From: Ruminococcus albus 7 = DSM 20455
Lineage (GTDB): Bacteria > Bacillota > Clostridia > Oscillospirales > Ruminococcaceae
Assembly (NCBI RefSeq): GCF_000179635.2
Contig: NC_014833.1
Span: forward strand, 2,490,001 to 2,522,000
Length of the DNA: 32,000 nucleotides
Direction of reading: 5' to 3'
Below, in pieces: positions 1 to 9,116 of this stretch. Within the stretch, counting starts at the first letter, position 1. Every line of letters starts with the position of its first letter. The position numbers were made by a program, and so were the translations under genes. The notes under the pieces were generated by a model. It saw only the letters and a program-made list of their open reading frames with translations, ran no database searches and was not told the DNA's origin.

Positions 1-695
1 GCCGCGTTTACAGAACCAACTGCAAATACAGACTTAGAGTGAGCTTCGTGCTTCAGGCTTACTACCTCATCTCTGCCAGCAAAGATTATCTCGTGCTCAC
101 CTACGATAGTTCCGCCGCGTACAGAGTGCATACCGATCTCGTTTCTGCCTCTCTTGGCACGAACGGAGTGTCTGTCATAGGTGTAAGAACATCTGTTGTC
201 AAGCTCACCATTGATAGCATCAGCCAGCATAATAGCAGTACCTGAGGGTGCATCAAGTTTCTGGTTGTGGTGCTTCTCGATTATCTCGATATCAAACTGG
301 TCACCCAGTATCTTTGTAGCCCTGCGGGCGAGGTCTGCCAGCAGGTTAACGCCCAGTGACATATTAAAGGTGAAGAACAGAGGTATCTGCTCAGCAGCCT
401 TCTTGATCTTGGCAGTCTGTTCCTCGTTGTAGCCTGTGGTAGCAACTACGAGTGCAGTTCCGTTTGAACGGCAGTAATCCAGCAGTCCGTCAAGAGTTGA
501 GGGGTGAGAAAAGTCTATTATAACATCAGGCTTTTCGGGCAGCTCTGCAACGTTCTCAAATATGGGAAAATCTGCATACTGTGCTGTTACCTTGTCGATA
601 CCTGCAATAGTTTTGCAGTCATCGCGGTTGCTTATAACATCAGCGATGACTCTGCCCATGTGACCGTTAGCGCCGCATATAACTATGTTTGTCAT
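1..695 (-). CDS. dapB: 4-hydroxy-tetrahydrodipicolinate reductase (DapB), 3' end cut by window edge
   Basis: Absent from the ORF track because it runs off the window. My translation of the minus strand from ATG 695-693 gives MTNIVICGANGHMGRVIADV...DIEIIEKHHNQKLDAPSGTAIMLA...GMHSVRGGTIVGEHEIIFAG. It has the GxxGxxG nucleotide-binding start and the E-x-HH-x-x-K-x-DAPSGTA DapB signature, on the same strand as dapA. Confidence 0.9.
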   Translation of the reverse strand, partial: MTNIVICGANGHMGRVIADVISNRDDCKTIAGIDKVTAQYADFPIFENVAELPEKPDVIIDFSHPSTLDGLLDYCRSNGTALVVATTGYNEEQTAKIKKAAEQIPLFFTFNMSLGVNLLADLARRATKILGDQFDIEIIEKHHNQKLDAPSGTAIMLADAINGELDNRCSYTYDRHSVRAKRGRNEIGMHSVRGGTIVGEHEIIFAGRDEVVSLKHEAHSKSVFAVGSVNA

Positions 696-881
696 TTTTT
701 TATCAGTCCTTTCGTTTATGCAATTCCGTTAAGGTGAAAAAGAGCGGTATACCCAAAAAGATAAATACCATATAAAATGCGACTCTATTCCGAATGCGCA
801 GGTAATACACAGTCGGACCATCACCTTTTCTGCTTTTTATCGGAAAACGTATTGTCAGCATAAAAATCCATTTTATATAAC

Positions 882-909
882 AAAGGGCAGAGCGTTCACC
901 GCTCCGCCC
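882..909 (-). terminator. possible intrinsic terminator after dapA
   Basis: Minus-strand hairpin GGGCGGAGCG-gtgaa-CGCTCTGCCC (9 WC pairs + 1 G:U) sits about 12 nt after the dapA stop and is followed by TTTGTT. The T tract is short, hence low confidence. Confidence 0.45.
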
Positions 910-921
910 CCTGAAATGTTA

Positions 922-1818
922 TTACTTTACAAGTCCCAGCTCAGCCATCTTAGCTCTGAGCTTCTCGATCTTAGCCTCTTCCATCTTGATAAGGGGCAGA
1001 CGGCATTCGCCAACATCCCAGCCCATGAGATTAAGTGCTTCCTTTACAGGGATAGGATTGACATCACAGAACAGACCGTTTGAATTTGCAAAATCAAGCA
1101 GCTTGTTCATCTTAGCGTTAGCCTCAGGATACTTGTTCTCCAGGCAAAGCTGAGTGATCTCGTGAGTTTCCTTAGGCATAACGTTGGACAGTACGGAGAT
1201 AACGCCCTTGCCGCCCAGTGCCATGATAGGAACGATCTGATCATCGTTGCCCGAATAGATATCCAGCTCATCGCCGCAAAGCGCTGCAACTCTTGCTATC
1301 TGCGAAATATTGCCGCTTGCTTCCTTAACAGCCACGATGTTCTTTACCTTTGAGAGCTCCTTCAGAGTTTCGGGAGTGATGTTCACACCTGTTCTGGAAG
1401 GAACATTGTAAAGGATTATCGGGATATTTATAGCGTTTGCTATTGTTGTATAGTGTACTATCAGACCCTTCTGAGAGGTCTTGTTGTAGTAAGGTGTTAC
1501 CAGGAGTACTGCATCAGCGCCAAGCTCCTCAGCCTTCTTGGAAAGACCAACCGCATACTCAGTGTGGTTTGAGCCTGTACCTGCAATAACAGGTATCCTG
1601 TGATTTACCTTATCTATAGCGTACTTGATAGCCTCAACGTGCTCATCATCGCCCATTGTTGAGCTTTCGCCGGTAGTTCCGCAGATAATAATGGCGTCGG
1701 TACCGTTATCTATCTGGAAGTCTATCAGCTCGCCCAGCTTATCGAAGTTGATAGAACCATCGGCGTTCATAGGTGTGACGATAGCCACGCCTGCGCCGGT
1801 GAAAATAGTCTTCTTCAT
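922..1818 (-). CDS. dapA: 4-hydroxy-tetrahydrodipicolinate synthase (DapA)
   Basis: 298-aa ORF with family motifs TPMNADGSIN, CGTTGESSTM, AGTGSN, TPYYNK and VAVKEASGN (Schiff-base Lys context). AAGGAG SD lies 8 nt upstream and overlaps the end of the preceding gene. Confidence 0.95.
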   Translation of the reverse strand: MKKTIFTGAGVAIVTPMNADGSINFDKLGELIDFQIDNGTDAIIICGTTGESSTMGDDEHVEAIKYAIDKVNHRIPVIAGTGSNHTEYAVGLSKKAEELGADAVLLVTPYYNKTSQKGLIVHYTTIANAINIPIILYNVPSRTGVNITPETLKELSKVKNIVAVKEASGNISQIARVAALCGDELDIYSGNDDQIVPIMALGGKGVISVLSNVMPKETHEITQLCLENKYPEANAKMNKLLDFANSNGLFCDVNPIPVKEALNLMGWDVGECRLPLIKMEEAKIEKLRAKMAELGLVK

Positions 1819-1821
1819 GAT

Positions 1822-2394
1822 TCATTCTCCTTTGCCGGAAAAATACTGTCTTTGAAATTTATGATTGTTCTCCCGAAGTTCTTCAAAGGTCACGGGAACA
1901 TAATTATTTATCATCACACCTGCATTGAAAGCTTCATCTTTGCGGTGTTTTGACATAAACTCGAAGCCGTCGTCAAGACTGCCGTGGATATGACCGTATA
2001 TGAGATAGCATCCCTTAGGTCTGCGATACCATTCCACCAACGGGTAATGGTAAAGGAAAAACATCTTTCCATCACTCTCGATATATTTTTCGTATACACA
2101 TTCACAGAACAGATCTTGAAGCTCGGGATCGTTTTTTATACGCACATCATGGTTGCCGTATATAAGATGCTTTCTGCCGTTAAGAGAACTAGCATAACGT
2201 ATGATGTTCTCGTCGCTTTCCTCACCGTAGTAGGTAAAGTCACCTACGATATAAACATCGTCATCGTCCCTGACCTTAGCGTTCCACCCTTCACGCATGA
2301 CCGCAAACATCTCATCAGCGTTTTTGAAAGGTCTCTCATCCCATATTATTCTGTCCTCATGACCAAAGTGCAGATCCGAAATAAAGTAGTTCAC
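1822..2394 (-). CDS. calcineurin-like metallophosphoesterase family protein
   Basis: 190-aa ORF with the metallophosphoesterase motif set SDLHFGH, VGDF, GNHD, GHIH. There is a 3-nt gap to dapA and a 27-nt gap after asd, so it is operonic. Confidence 0.8.
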   Translation of the reverse strand: MNYFISDLHFGHEDRIIWDERPFKNADEMFAVMREGWNAKVRDDDDVYIVGDFTYYGEESDENIIRYASSLNGRKHLIYGNHDVRIKNDPELQDLFCECVYEKYIESDGKMFFLYHYPLVEWYRRPKGCYLIYGHIHGSLDDGFEFMSKHRKDEAFNAGVMINNYVPVTFEELRENNHKFQRQYFSGKGE

Positions 2395-2421
2395 TGTACG
2401 GACCTCTTTTAGGAAACTCTA

Positions 2422-3507
2422 TTAGTCAAAATAACCCTTTGCTGCCAGCAGCTCTGCCAGCAGTACAGCACCGCCTGCAGCGCCTCTCAGTGTGTTGTGA
2501 GACAGGCAAACGAACTTGTAATCATACTGAGTATCTTCTCTCAGTCTGCCGATGGATACAGCCATGCCGCCTTCGAGGTTTCTGTCCAGCTTAGCCTGAG
2601 GTCTGTCATTCTCCTCGAAGTAGTTCAGGAACTGCTTGGGAGCAGAAGGCAGCTGCATCTCCTGGGGAACACCTGCGAATTCCTTCCAAGCCTGAAGGAT
2701 CTCCTCCTTAGAAGGCTTCTTCTCGAAGCTTACGAATACAGCAGCGGTGTGACCGTCAGAAACGGGAACTCTCAGACACTGTGCAGTGATAGCAGGCTCA
2801 GTAGCGTCAACGATCTTGTCACCTTCGATGTGACCCCAGATCTTCATGGGTTCCTGCTCGCTCTTCTCTTCCTCGCCGCCGATATAAGGGATAACGTTGT
2901 CAAGGATCTCAGGCCATGTCTCGAAAGTTCTGCCTGCGCCGCTGATCGCCTGATATGTGCAGGCAAGAGCCTTAGTTACCTTATACTTTGTGTGCAGAGG
3001 AGCCAGTGCGGGAACGTAGCTCTGCAGTGAGCAGTTGGACTTAACTGCGATGAAGCCTCTCTTTGTGCCCAGTCTCTTTCTCTGAGCAGCGATGATCTCG
3101 ATGTGATCGGGGTTGATCTCGGGGATGACCATAGGAACGTCATCAGTGTGTCTGTGAGCAGAGTTGTTGGATACTACAGGGCACTCAGCCTTAGCGTACT
3201 TCTCCTCCAGTGCTCTGATCTCTTCCTTCTTCATATCTACTGCGCAGAATACGAAGTCAACCATTGAAGCGATTTTCTCAACATCTTCCTCAGCGTTGAG
3301 GATAACCATATCCTCCAGTGCCTTGGGCATAGGATCAGCCAGTTTCCACTTGCTGCCTGCAGCCTCTTTATAAGTCTTGCCTGCGCTTCTGGGGGAAGCA
3401 GCCAGACAAACTACATCGAACCAGGGATGCTTGTCGAGAAGCAGAGAAAATCTCTGACCTACCATACCGGTCGCACCGATGATACCTACCTTGAACTTCT
3501 TTTCCAT
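2422..3507 (-). CDS. asd: aspartate-semialdehyde dehydrogenase
   Basis: 361-aa ORF with GIIGATGMVGQR Rossmann start, SNCSLQ active-site Cys context and a C-terminal ...SHNTLRGAAGGAVLLAELL. AAGGAG SD lies 8 nt upstream of the ATG. Confidence 0.93.
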   Translation of the reverse strand: MEKKFKVGIIGATGMVGQRFSLLLDKHPWFDVVCLAASPRSAGKTYKEAAGSKWKLADPMPKALEDMVILNAEEDVEKIASMVDFVFCAVDMKKEEIRALEEKYAKAECPVVSNNSAHRHTDDVPMVIPEINPDHIEIIAAQRKRLGTKRGFIAVKSNCSLQSYVPALAPLHTKYKVTKALACTYQAISGAGRTFETWPEILDNVIPYIGGEEEKSEQEPMKIWGHIEGDKIVDATEPAITAQCLRVPVSDGHTAAVFVSFEKKPSKEEILQAWKEFAGVPQEMQLPSAPKQFLNYFEENDRPQAKLDRNLEGGMAVSIGRLREDTQYDYKFVCLSHNTLRGAAGGAVLLAELLAAKGYFD

Positions 3508-3610
3508 AACTAAAACTCCTTTTCCTCTTGCACAGCGCCGTCAATAATACTAAATGCACCAGCATATACCGACAACATTTTGCGCAAAACATAAAAAATT
3601 GACAAATAAC

Positions 3611-3634
3611 AAAAAAACCGGTTGAAAACCGGCG
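3611..3634 (-). terminator. intrinsic terminator, presumed expression platform of the lysine riboswitch
   Basis: The minus strand reads GCGCCGGTTTTCAACCGGTTTTTTTG. A short CCGGTT/AACCGG stem is followed by T7, located between the aptamer and the asd start. Confidence 0.6.
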
Positions 3635-3699
3635 CATCATACAATATAATAAGAATGTTGGCAAAATAATTTATCCGCCGATAGCACTCCATCATAAAG

Positions 3700-3870
3700 T
3701 CATGATGACAACCGATGACCTGTTAAACCATCAGTCAGCAAACGATATCCCACATCGCAGCTTCGGCAGTTTTACCTTTCACATCGGTCATTCGGCTTAG
3801 GGAGCTTAGTCCGCAGGATAACCCGCAGGACAGACTGTGCTACTCTTTTCAACTGCACCTCTATCTGTTC
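3700..3870 (-). promoter_or_regulatory. lysine (L-box) riboswitch aptamer
   Basis: The minus strand reads AGATAGAGGTGCAGTTGAAAAGAGTAGC...GTGAAAGGTAAAACTGCCGAAGCTGCG...TTTGCTGACTGATGG...GGTTGTCATC. These blocks align with the conserved cores I recall from the B. subtilis lysC L-box (ATAGAGGTGCGAAC, AAGAGTA, CTGAAAGG, GCCGAAGC, TTGCTGG, GGCTGTCA). It sits upstream of lysine-pathway genes. Confidence 0.85.
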
Positions 3871-3878
3871 TGAAATAA

Positions 3879-3907
3879 AGAATAACATATATTCAGCCGC
3901 TTGTCAA
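3879..3907 (-). promoter_or_regulatory. sigma-A-type promoter of the riboswitch-asd operon
   Basis: Minus strand TTGACA (3907-3902), a 17-nt spacer ending in TGT (extended -10), then TATTCT (3884-3879). This places the TSS just upstream of the aptamer. Confidence 0.6.
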
Positions 3908-4021
3908 TAGAAAGCGCCCATGTTCCGAATACATTTCTATGAATTTTCTGTAAATTGTCGACAAACCACCCGTGTTTTTGTACATAACGCGGTATACGAT
4001 ATAAGCAAGGAGAGTTTTTAT

Positions 4022-5089
4022 ATGCTAGACCTGAACAACATGAAGAGATCGGATTTCTTTTATGAGCTTCCCCAGGAACTCATAGCACAGACACCTGTCG
4101 AGCCGAGAAACGCATCAAGGATGCTTTGCCTTGACCGCTTTACCGGAGAGGTAGGTCATGACCACTTCTATAATCTATGCGACCACCTGAAAAAAGGTGA
4201 CCTGCTGGTACTTAACGATTCAAGGGTACTGCCCGCACGTATCTACGGTGAGACAGAGGATACACATTCCTTTATAGAATTTCTGCTGGTGGAACAGCGC
4301 GCCAATATGGAATGGGAGATACTCTGCCGCCCGGGCAAAAAAGCCCGTGTGGGAAGACGCTTCGTATTCGGGGATGGTCTGCTCAGAGCCGAGATAACGG
4401 AAGTTCTCGAAGACGGCAACCGCATCGCAAGATTTGAATGTGATGACAGTACGAATCTTTTTGCTGCCCTTGACGAGATAGGACAGATGCCCCTCCCCCC
4501 TTACATAACTGAAAAGCTCAAAGACAAGGAACGCTACCAGACAGTATATTCCAATGAGATAGGTTCATCTGCCGCACCTACGGCAGGTCTGCACTTCACT
4601 AAGGAACAGCTTGCCGATATTGAGGCTATGGGTGTTAATATCGCATACGTCACCCTCCATGTGGGTCTGGGCACATTCCGCCCCGTCAAGGAGGACAAAG
4701 TCCTCGACCACAAGATGCACCGTGAGCACTATGAGCTTCCAAAGCGCACTGCTGACCTCATCAACAAGACAAAGGCTGAGGGCGGACGCGTTATCGCTGT
4801 AGGCACTACTTCATGCCGCACCCTTGAAAGTGTAGCCGCGCTCTATGGTGATATACGTCCCTGTGACGGCTTCACCGAGATCTTCATCTACCCAGGATTT
4901 GAGTTCAAAGTTCTCGACGGGCTTATAACTAATTTCCACCTGCCCGAAAGCACCCTTATCATGCTGGTATCAGCTTTCGCAGGCTACGAAAACACCATGA
5001 ACGCCTATAAGATCGCCGTTGAAGAAAAGTACAGGTTCTTCTCGTTCGGTGATTCCATGTTTATCGCCCCGGGAGCAAACAATAAGTAA
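4022..5089 (+). CDS. queA: S-adenosylmethionine:tRNA ribosyltransferase-isomerase (QueA)
   Basis: ORF-track frame 3920-5089; I start it at ATG 4022 (AAGGAGAG SD 7 nt upstream), with ATG 4040 as an alternative. Hallmarks: SDFFYELPQELIAQTPVEPR, LLVLNDSRVLPAR, PLPPYI, YQTVY, GSSAAPTAGLHFT, HVGLGTFRPV, VIAVGTTSCRTLES, LITNFHLPESTLIMLVSAF. Confidence 0.93.
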   Translation: MLDLNNMKRSDFFYELPQELIAQTPVEPRNASRMLCLDRFTGEVGHDHFYNLCDHLKKGDLLVLNDSRVLPARIYGETEDTHSFIEFLLVEQRANMEWEILCRPGKKARVGRRFVFGDGLLRAEITEVLEDGNRIARFECDDSTNLFAALDEIGQMPLPPYITEKLKDKERYQTVYSNEIGSSAAPTAGLHFTKEQLADIEAMGVNIAYVTLHVGLGTFRPVKEDKVLDHKMHREHYELPKRTADLINKTKAEGGRVIAVGTTSCRTLESVAALYGDIRPCDGFTEIFIYPGFEFKVLDGLITNFHLPESTLIMLVSAFAGYENTMNAYKIAVEEKYRFFSFGDSMFIAPGANNK

Positions 5090-5094
5090 TCAAA

Positions 5095-5123
5095 AGAGCG
5101 TATGCACGAAATGCATACGCTCT
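5095..5123. terminator. bidirectional terminator hairpin between convergent genes
   Basis: Perfect 12-bp stem AGAGCGTATGCA / TGCATACGCTCT with loop cgaaa, flanked by CAAAA on the left. It lies between the queA stop (5089) and the stop of the minus-strand gene (5143). Confidence 0.7.
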
Positions 5124-5142
5124 GATCATTTTAATAGCATTA

Positions 5143-5682
5143 TCACTGTTCATCGTTCCATATACAGTAATACTCATCGTCGTCATCCCACGGAGTATTG
5201 CCCTCACATGGACCGACATATTTCAGCTTGTCCCCTCTGATTATGACAGAGCACTGATGCTCGGGCTCCCATGGACAATCAGCAACAATTTCATATCCTA
5301 TCTCATCGCTGTCCTCATCGGATATCTCGATATTCAGACATGGTGCTTTCAGGTGCTTCAGTATATCTCCGCCGGATTCATACTCCTTCACAGCCTTCTC
5401 TGTATCCTCGGCTATATCATCATATATGCCCATAGCTTCCCACTCATCGCGCATATAGTACATGAACTTTGCAAGCTTCTCACGGATATCAGCCATAAGT
5501 CCGGGATCCTTATCAAGGCGGTTGTAGTGGGCTATACATTTTTCAGCATACCCGATATACTCATCGGTATCGCCATATATCGTTATATCCATACTGCCCT
5601 GAAACAGCGAGACCGAATCGAACCTGCCATTCAGCCAGCCCAGTCCGCCATCATCGTGAACGATATCTCTTATAATACCCAT
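5143..5682 (-). CDS. hypothetical acidic cytoplasmic protein, translationally coupled to the transglutaminase gene
   Basis: 179-aa ORF whose AAGGAG SD (5694-5689) overlaps the stop codon of the upstream gene. I recognise no catalytic motif. The C-terminal ...ADCPWEPEHQCSVIIRG... pattern reminds me of small DUF-type/immunity-like proteins, but that is recall only, not a search result. Confidence 0.6.
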   Translation of the reverse strand: MGIIRDIVHDDGGLGWLNGRFDSVSLFQGSMDITIYGDTDEYIGYAEKCIAHYNRLDKDPGLMADIREKLAKFMYYMRDEWEAMGIYDDIAEDTEKAVKEYESGGDILKHLKAPCLNIEISDEDSDEIGYEIVADCPWEPEHQCSVIIRGDKLKYVGPCEGNTPWDDDDEYYCIWNDEQ

Positions 5683-5693
5683 GTTCTTCTCCT

Positions 5694-7928
5694 TTATACT
5701 GCAGCCTTGGCAGAACGCTTTTTGTTCTTGCCTGCAAGAGCTTTCCAGCTCTGCTTGTAGCAGCTGTATGCAGCCTCGAATTCAACCTCTGCAGGCTTAT
5801 ATCCGCCGAAGCACACCTGCTCAAACAGGCTGACTGCACGGCTAACCTCAGCTTCTCTCGATATACTCAGCTGAAGTATCTCCTGCGGTGTCATTCCGCG
5901 TATATGCTTATCCTTATCTGAGGATATCTCAAGCAGTCGTACTATACGCTTATAAAGCGCTAAAGTCTTATCCTGAGTAGTCCTGCGGAACTTCATCCTG
6001 ATACGGAAGAAGAACTCTATTATCCTGTCAAGGAATATAACGAACACCAATACGAAGACTACGCCAAGGAACAGCGCTATCTTGCTGAAATAATCCATAA
6101 ATGTTCTTATGGCATTCGCTGCATTGTTTCCGTTGCCTTCAGATGCTCTGTCCTTGTAATCGGGCACGGTAGGATCAAACGTTACCCAGCCTGCACCCGC
6201 TATATAAGCTTCAACAAAGGCATGAGCGTGACTGTCACGCACTACGATCTCGTCATCGTCATTCCTCTCATAAGCAGCAAAGCCCTCAACATACCTGGCA
6301 GGTATGCCAAGTGATCTTGCCATGAGTACCATTGAAGTAGCATAGCTGGTACATACGCCCGTCTTGCTTTCAAACAGGAAATAGTCTATCGACTCATCAT
6401 CGGGGATGTAATCCAGATCGTAGATATAGTCGTTATCGATAAAATAATCTACTATAGCTTCGCATTTATCGAAATCCGTTTTACAGCCGCGTGCTATATC
6501 CTCAGCAAGGTCAGCGATAGGCTTGGTTATACCGCCCTTATCGGTATAGCGGTCATATACCCTGATCACTTGTGAATAATCTTCGGGAGTGATATCGCCG
6601 TAATAAACACCCCTTGTCAGTATCTTTTCAAAGCTTTCGCGTGTGAAGCCCAGCCTGTTCACATAGCTGTACTCTGCATTACCTTCCTGTAGATAATCAA
6701 AGTTGACACTCAGTCCGCCGTAACGGGTACTATTTCCTCTCTCAAAATAGACCTCGCCATGTACGGTCCTATAGCCTTTATTGTAATTGTTATCTGTAAT
6801 AGAATCAACATCCGTCATGAGAGGCGCAGGTATATAGCTTGGGCTGTAGCTGGGACCCGTAAGAGTTATGGGCGTTAAGTTCTTGTATTCACTGCCGAAA
6901 AGATCCTCGGTAAGTCCAAGATCCTTATAGCGCCCTGTCTTTGCCATATTGTACATAAGCTCATGTATATAAGCCGGTGAATTGACAGCATTGTCAACAT
7001 TGTCACGGGCACCGTACCAGGTATTGTATTCGTCCCTCAGCACCCACTGATCAGCCCTGAACACATCAAAGGATTGTCTGCGTAGATATACCGATGAAAT
7101 GCTATGTTGCGACCTTGCTTTGAAAAGTATCTCACCTGTTGAGTTTGCTCCGAATCTTGGAGATGAAACATCGTTCAGGTCATCGTAGTCGGTGGTATTG
7201 GAATTGAGATAATACTTGAATATACCTCGGTTAGCCTCCAGCTGTGACTGATATTGCTGTTTCGGCAGCATCATGGTAACAGCACCCACGAAGGTAACAA
7301 ACAGTGATATTCCTATAACATACGAACGGTTCATCAGAAGCCTGCGGCCTTTCTTGTTGGTGTAATCGTCTGCCATCACCTTCTGGTGGAGCATCATAGC
7401 AAGAAATACCGTCATCATGAATGTCAGGCTGAGAGTACTTATATTCTGAGCACGTTTGCCGTATATAACAAACGGGAACATGGTCACAAGCATCACGCCG
7501 AATATCCTGAATCTGTACACAGTAAAATAATACAGTATGGATATCAGGAAAAATCCAAGTCCGACAAACAAAAATATGTTGTAATAAAATACCGAACCCA
7601 CTTCCTGTGAGTTGACATAGAACCAGTCGATGAAGCTTACACCCGAATCACGCCAGCCGCTGCTTATAAGCCAGCCCGAGATAGTCAGCACGACCAGACC
7701 CAGTCCCGTATATACAAAAAATCGGAGTATCTTCCGCTTTTTTATCTTCTCGAAAAACCAGAAGAGTGCACATTCGTATGCTATAAAACCCGCAGTAACA
7801 GGTCTTACGAAGAAATCATAATATGTGCTGAATATAACATTCATGACTACTGCACCCAGCAGCAGCGGAAGAAAATATTTAGCTATGGAAGCATAGAGCC
7901 ATTTTAACGGTTCTTTCTTTTCAGTCAT
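5694..7928 (-). CDS. transglutaminase-domain membrane protein (TgpA-like)
   Basis: 744-aa ORF with multiple N-terminal TM helices. The transglutaminase core is GVCTSYATSMVLMARSLGIPARYVEGF...DSHAHAFVEAY...GWVTFDPT (Cys-His-Asp), followed by a further TM helix and a C-terminal tail. It is the third gene of a MoxR-DUF58-TGase arrangement. Confidence 0.9.
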   Translation of the reverse strand: MTEKKEPLKWLYASIAKYFLPLLLGAVVMNVIFSTYYDFFVRPVTAGFIAYECALFWFFEKIKKRKILRFFVYTGLGLVVLTISGWLISSGWRDSGVSFIDWFYVNSQEVGSVFYYNIFLFVGLGFFLISILYYFTVYRFRIFGVMLVTMFPFVIYGKRAQNISTLSLTFMMTVFLAMMLHQKVMADDYTNKKGRRLLMNRSYVIGISLFVTFVGAVTMMLPKQQYQSQLEANRGIFKYYLNSNTTDYDDLNDVSSPRFGANSTGEILFKARSQHSISSVYLRRQSFDVFRADQWVLRDEYNTWYGARDNVDNAVNSPAYIHELMYNMAKTGRYKDLGLTEDLFGSEYKNLTPITLTGPSYSPSYIPAPLMTDVDSITDNNYNKGYRTVHGEVYFERGNSTRYGGLSVNFDYLQEGNAEYSYVNRLGFTRESFEKILTRGVYYGDITPEDYSQVIRVYDRYTDKGGITKPIADLAEDIARGCKTDFDKCEAIVDYFIDNDYIYDLDYIPDDESIDYFLFESKTGVCTSYATSMVLMARSLGIPARYVEGFAAYERNDDDEIVVRDSHAHAFVEAYIAGAGWVTFDPTVPDYKDRASEGNGNNAANAIRTFMDYFSKIALFLGVVFVLVFVIFLDRIIEFFFRIRMKFRRTTQDKTLALYKRIVRLLEISSDKDKHIRGMTPQEILQLSISREAEVSRAVSLFEQVCFGGYKPAEVEFEAAYSCYKQSWKALAGKNKKRSAKAAV

Positions 7929-7940
7929 GGCCCGTCCCCC

Positions 7941-9110
7941 TTATACCATTTTTTCAAATTCAAATTCACGGCTGACAGTCCACATATCATTACGCAGTGC
8001 ACCTATGCCGCTCTCCTTGACGATCACGAGCAGACCGTCAAAACTATCCGTAAGTTCGGCAAGCTCATTGGTCATAGTGCCTGTGCAGGCAGTAAAGCAT
8101 ATCATTGACTTGCCCTTCTCATTTATATCATGGTCAGGTGAACGGTTCTCCTTAGGATAAGGTACGATGCCTGCAAGCCTCTCCTGAAGCTGTACAAGCG
8201 TTGCCTCATCGGATACATCCGCCATCTCCCACTTGCCTTCTATAAAATAATTATACTCACTCTCATATCCCGATCTTATAAGCATTGAGAGCATTGCCAG
8301 CGAACCTTCAATAGATATATCCATCATCTGGTAACTGATAAGATCAGGTGATAGGTTCATTGGCAGATCAAGCCTGAATATCTGACTTGAAGATGTTACC
8401 TTCTCATCCAGCCTTACCATAAGCTGATCCTTTTTGGAGGAAAGCTTCCAGTTCACCCTTTTAAGAGGATCGCCGGGAAGATAAGCCCTGTGCTCATATC
8501 CCGGAACACCTGTCAGTGCAGATGAAGTTTCATCCGATTCCTCATCACTGTCATCAAAGGATATATTCTGTGATACAGACCTCAGCACATCGGTCTGTGA
8601 ACCTGTATCGGGGATATGCGGTATTATCTTTATCAGGCACTTTGCAGGCAGATCCTTTTTAGTCCTCCTGAACATACCCATATGATCTGTAAAGGTTATC
8701 TTCTCTACAGATATCTCACCGCCGCCGCAAAGAACAGCTTTCATCGGTATCTCTATACACTCGCCATGCATACCCGAGCACATTACCCTGTAATACAGCG
8801 AACTATCCTCACCCTGTATATTGGGCGTTACCTTCAATGAAACATCTATGAAGGTGCTGGGCAGTATGGTCTTTTTATTGAAGTCAAGCCTTGCGGTGAA
8901 ATCATCGCCCTTGTTTACTATATCACCCGGAAGCGACAGGGATACTTCTGTGGTGGCATACGATACAAAAAGCAATATCAGTGATATTAAACTCGCCATG
9001 ATGAGCAGCAGACCTATGAATATTCCTCCGCTGCCGCTAATCAGGTATGCCAGTATGAAAGCTATGCCAAGACACACCAAAAAGCCGACTATATTTCTTG
9101 CAGTTTCCAA
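7941..9110 (-). CDS. DUF58-family protein
   Basis: 389-aa ORF with a TTG start and two N-terminal TM helices. YLPGDPLKRVNWKLSSKKDQLMVR matches the DUF58 signature (GD-x-x-R-x-V/I-x-WK-x-S). It lies between the MoxR and transglutaminase genes. Confidence 0.85.
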   Translation of the reverse strand: METARNIVGFLVCLGIAFILAYLISGSGGIFIGLLLIMASLISLILLFVSYATTEVSLSLPGDIVNKGDDFTARLDFNKKTILPSTFIDVSLKVTPNIQGEDSSLYYRVMCSGMHGECIEIPMKAVLCGGGEISVEKITFTDHMGMFRRTKKDLPAKCLIKIIPHIPDTGSQTDVLRSVSQNISFDDSDEESDETSSALTGVPGYEHRAYLPGDPLKRVNWKLSSKKDQLMVRLDEKVTSSSQIFRLDLPMNLSPDLISYQMMDISIEGSLAMLSMLIRSGYESEYNYFIEGKWEMADVSDEATLVQLQERLAGIVPYPKENRSPDHDINEKGKSMICFTACTGTMTNELAELTDSFDGLLVIVKESGIGALRNDMWTVSREFEFEKMV

Positions 9111-9116
9111 ATCTTA

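Noticed and set aside
2497-3030. 177-aa plus-strand ORF antisense to asd. Similar cases: 1984-2412 (+), 5257-5760 (+), 10369-10845 (+), 18515-18973 (-), 20464-20892 (-)
   Set aside because: All lie inside and antisense to genes with unambiguous family motifs, lack SD sequences, and give low-complexity translations. I treat them as shadow ORFs.
3920-4021. N-terminal 34-codon extension of queA in the ORF track
   Set aside because: There is no SD before ATG 3920, and the extension (MFRIHFYEFSVNCRQ...) is not QueA-like. A strong AAGGAGAG SD precedes ATG 4022, after which the conserved QueA N terminus begins.
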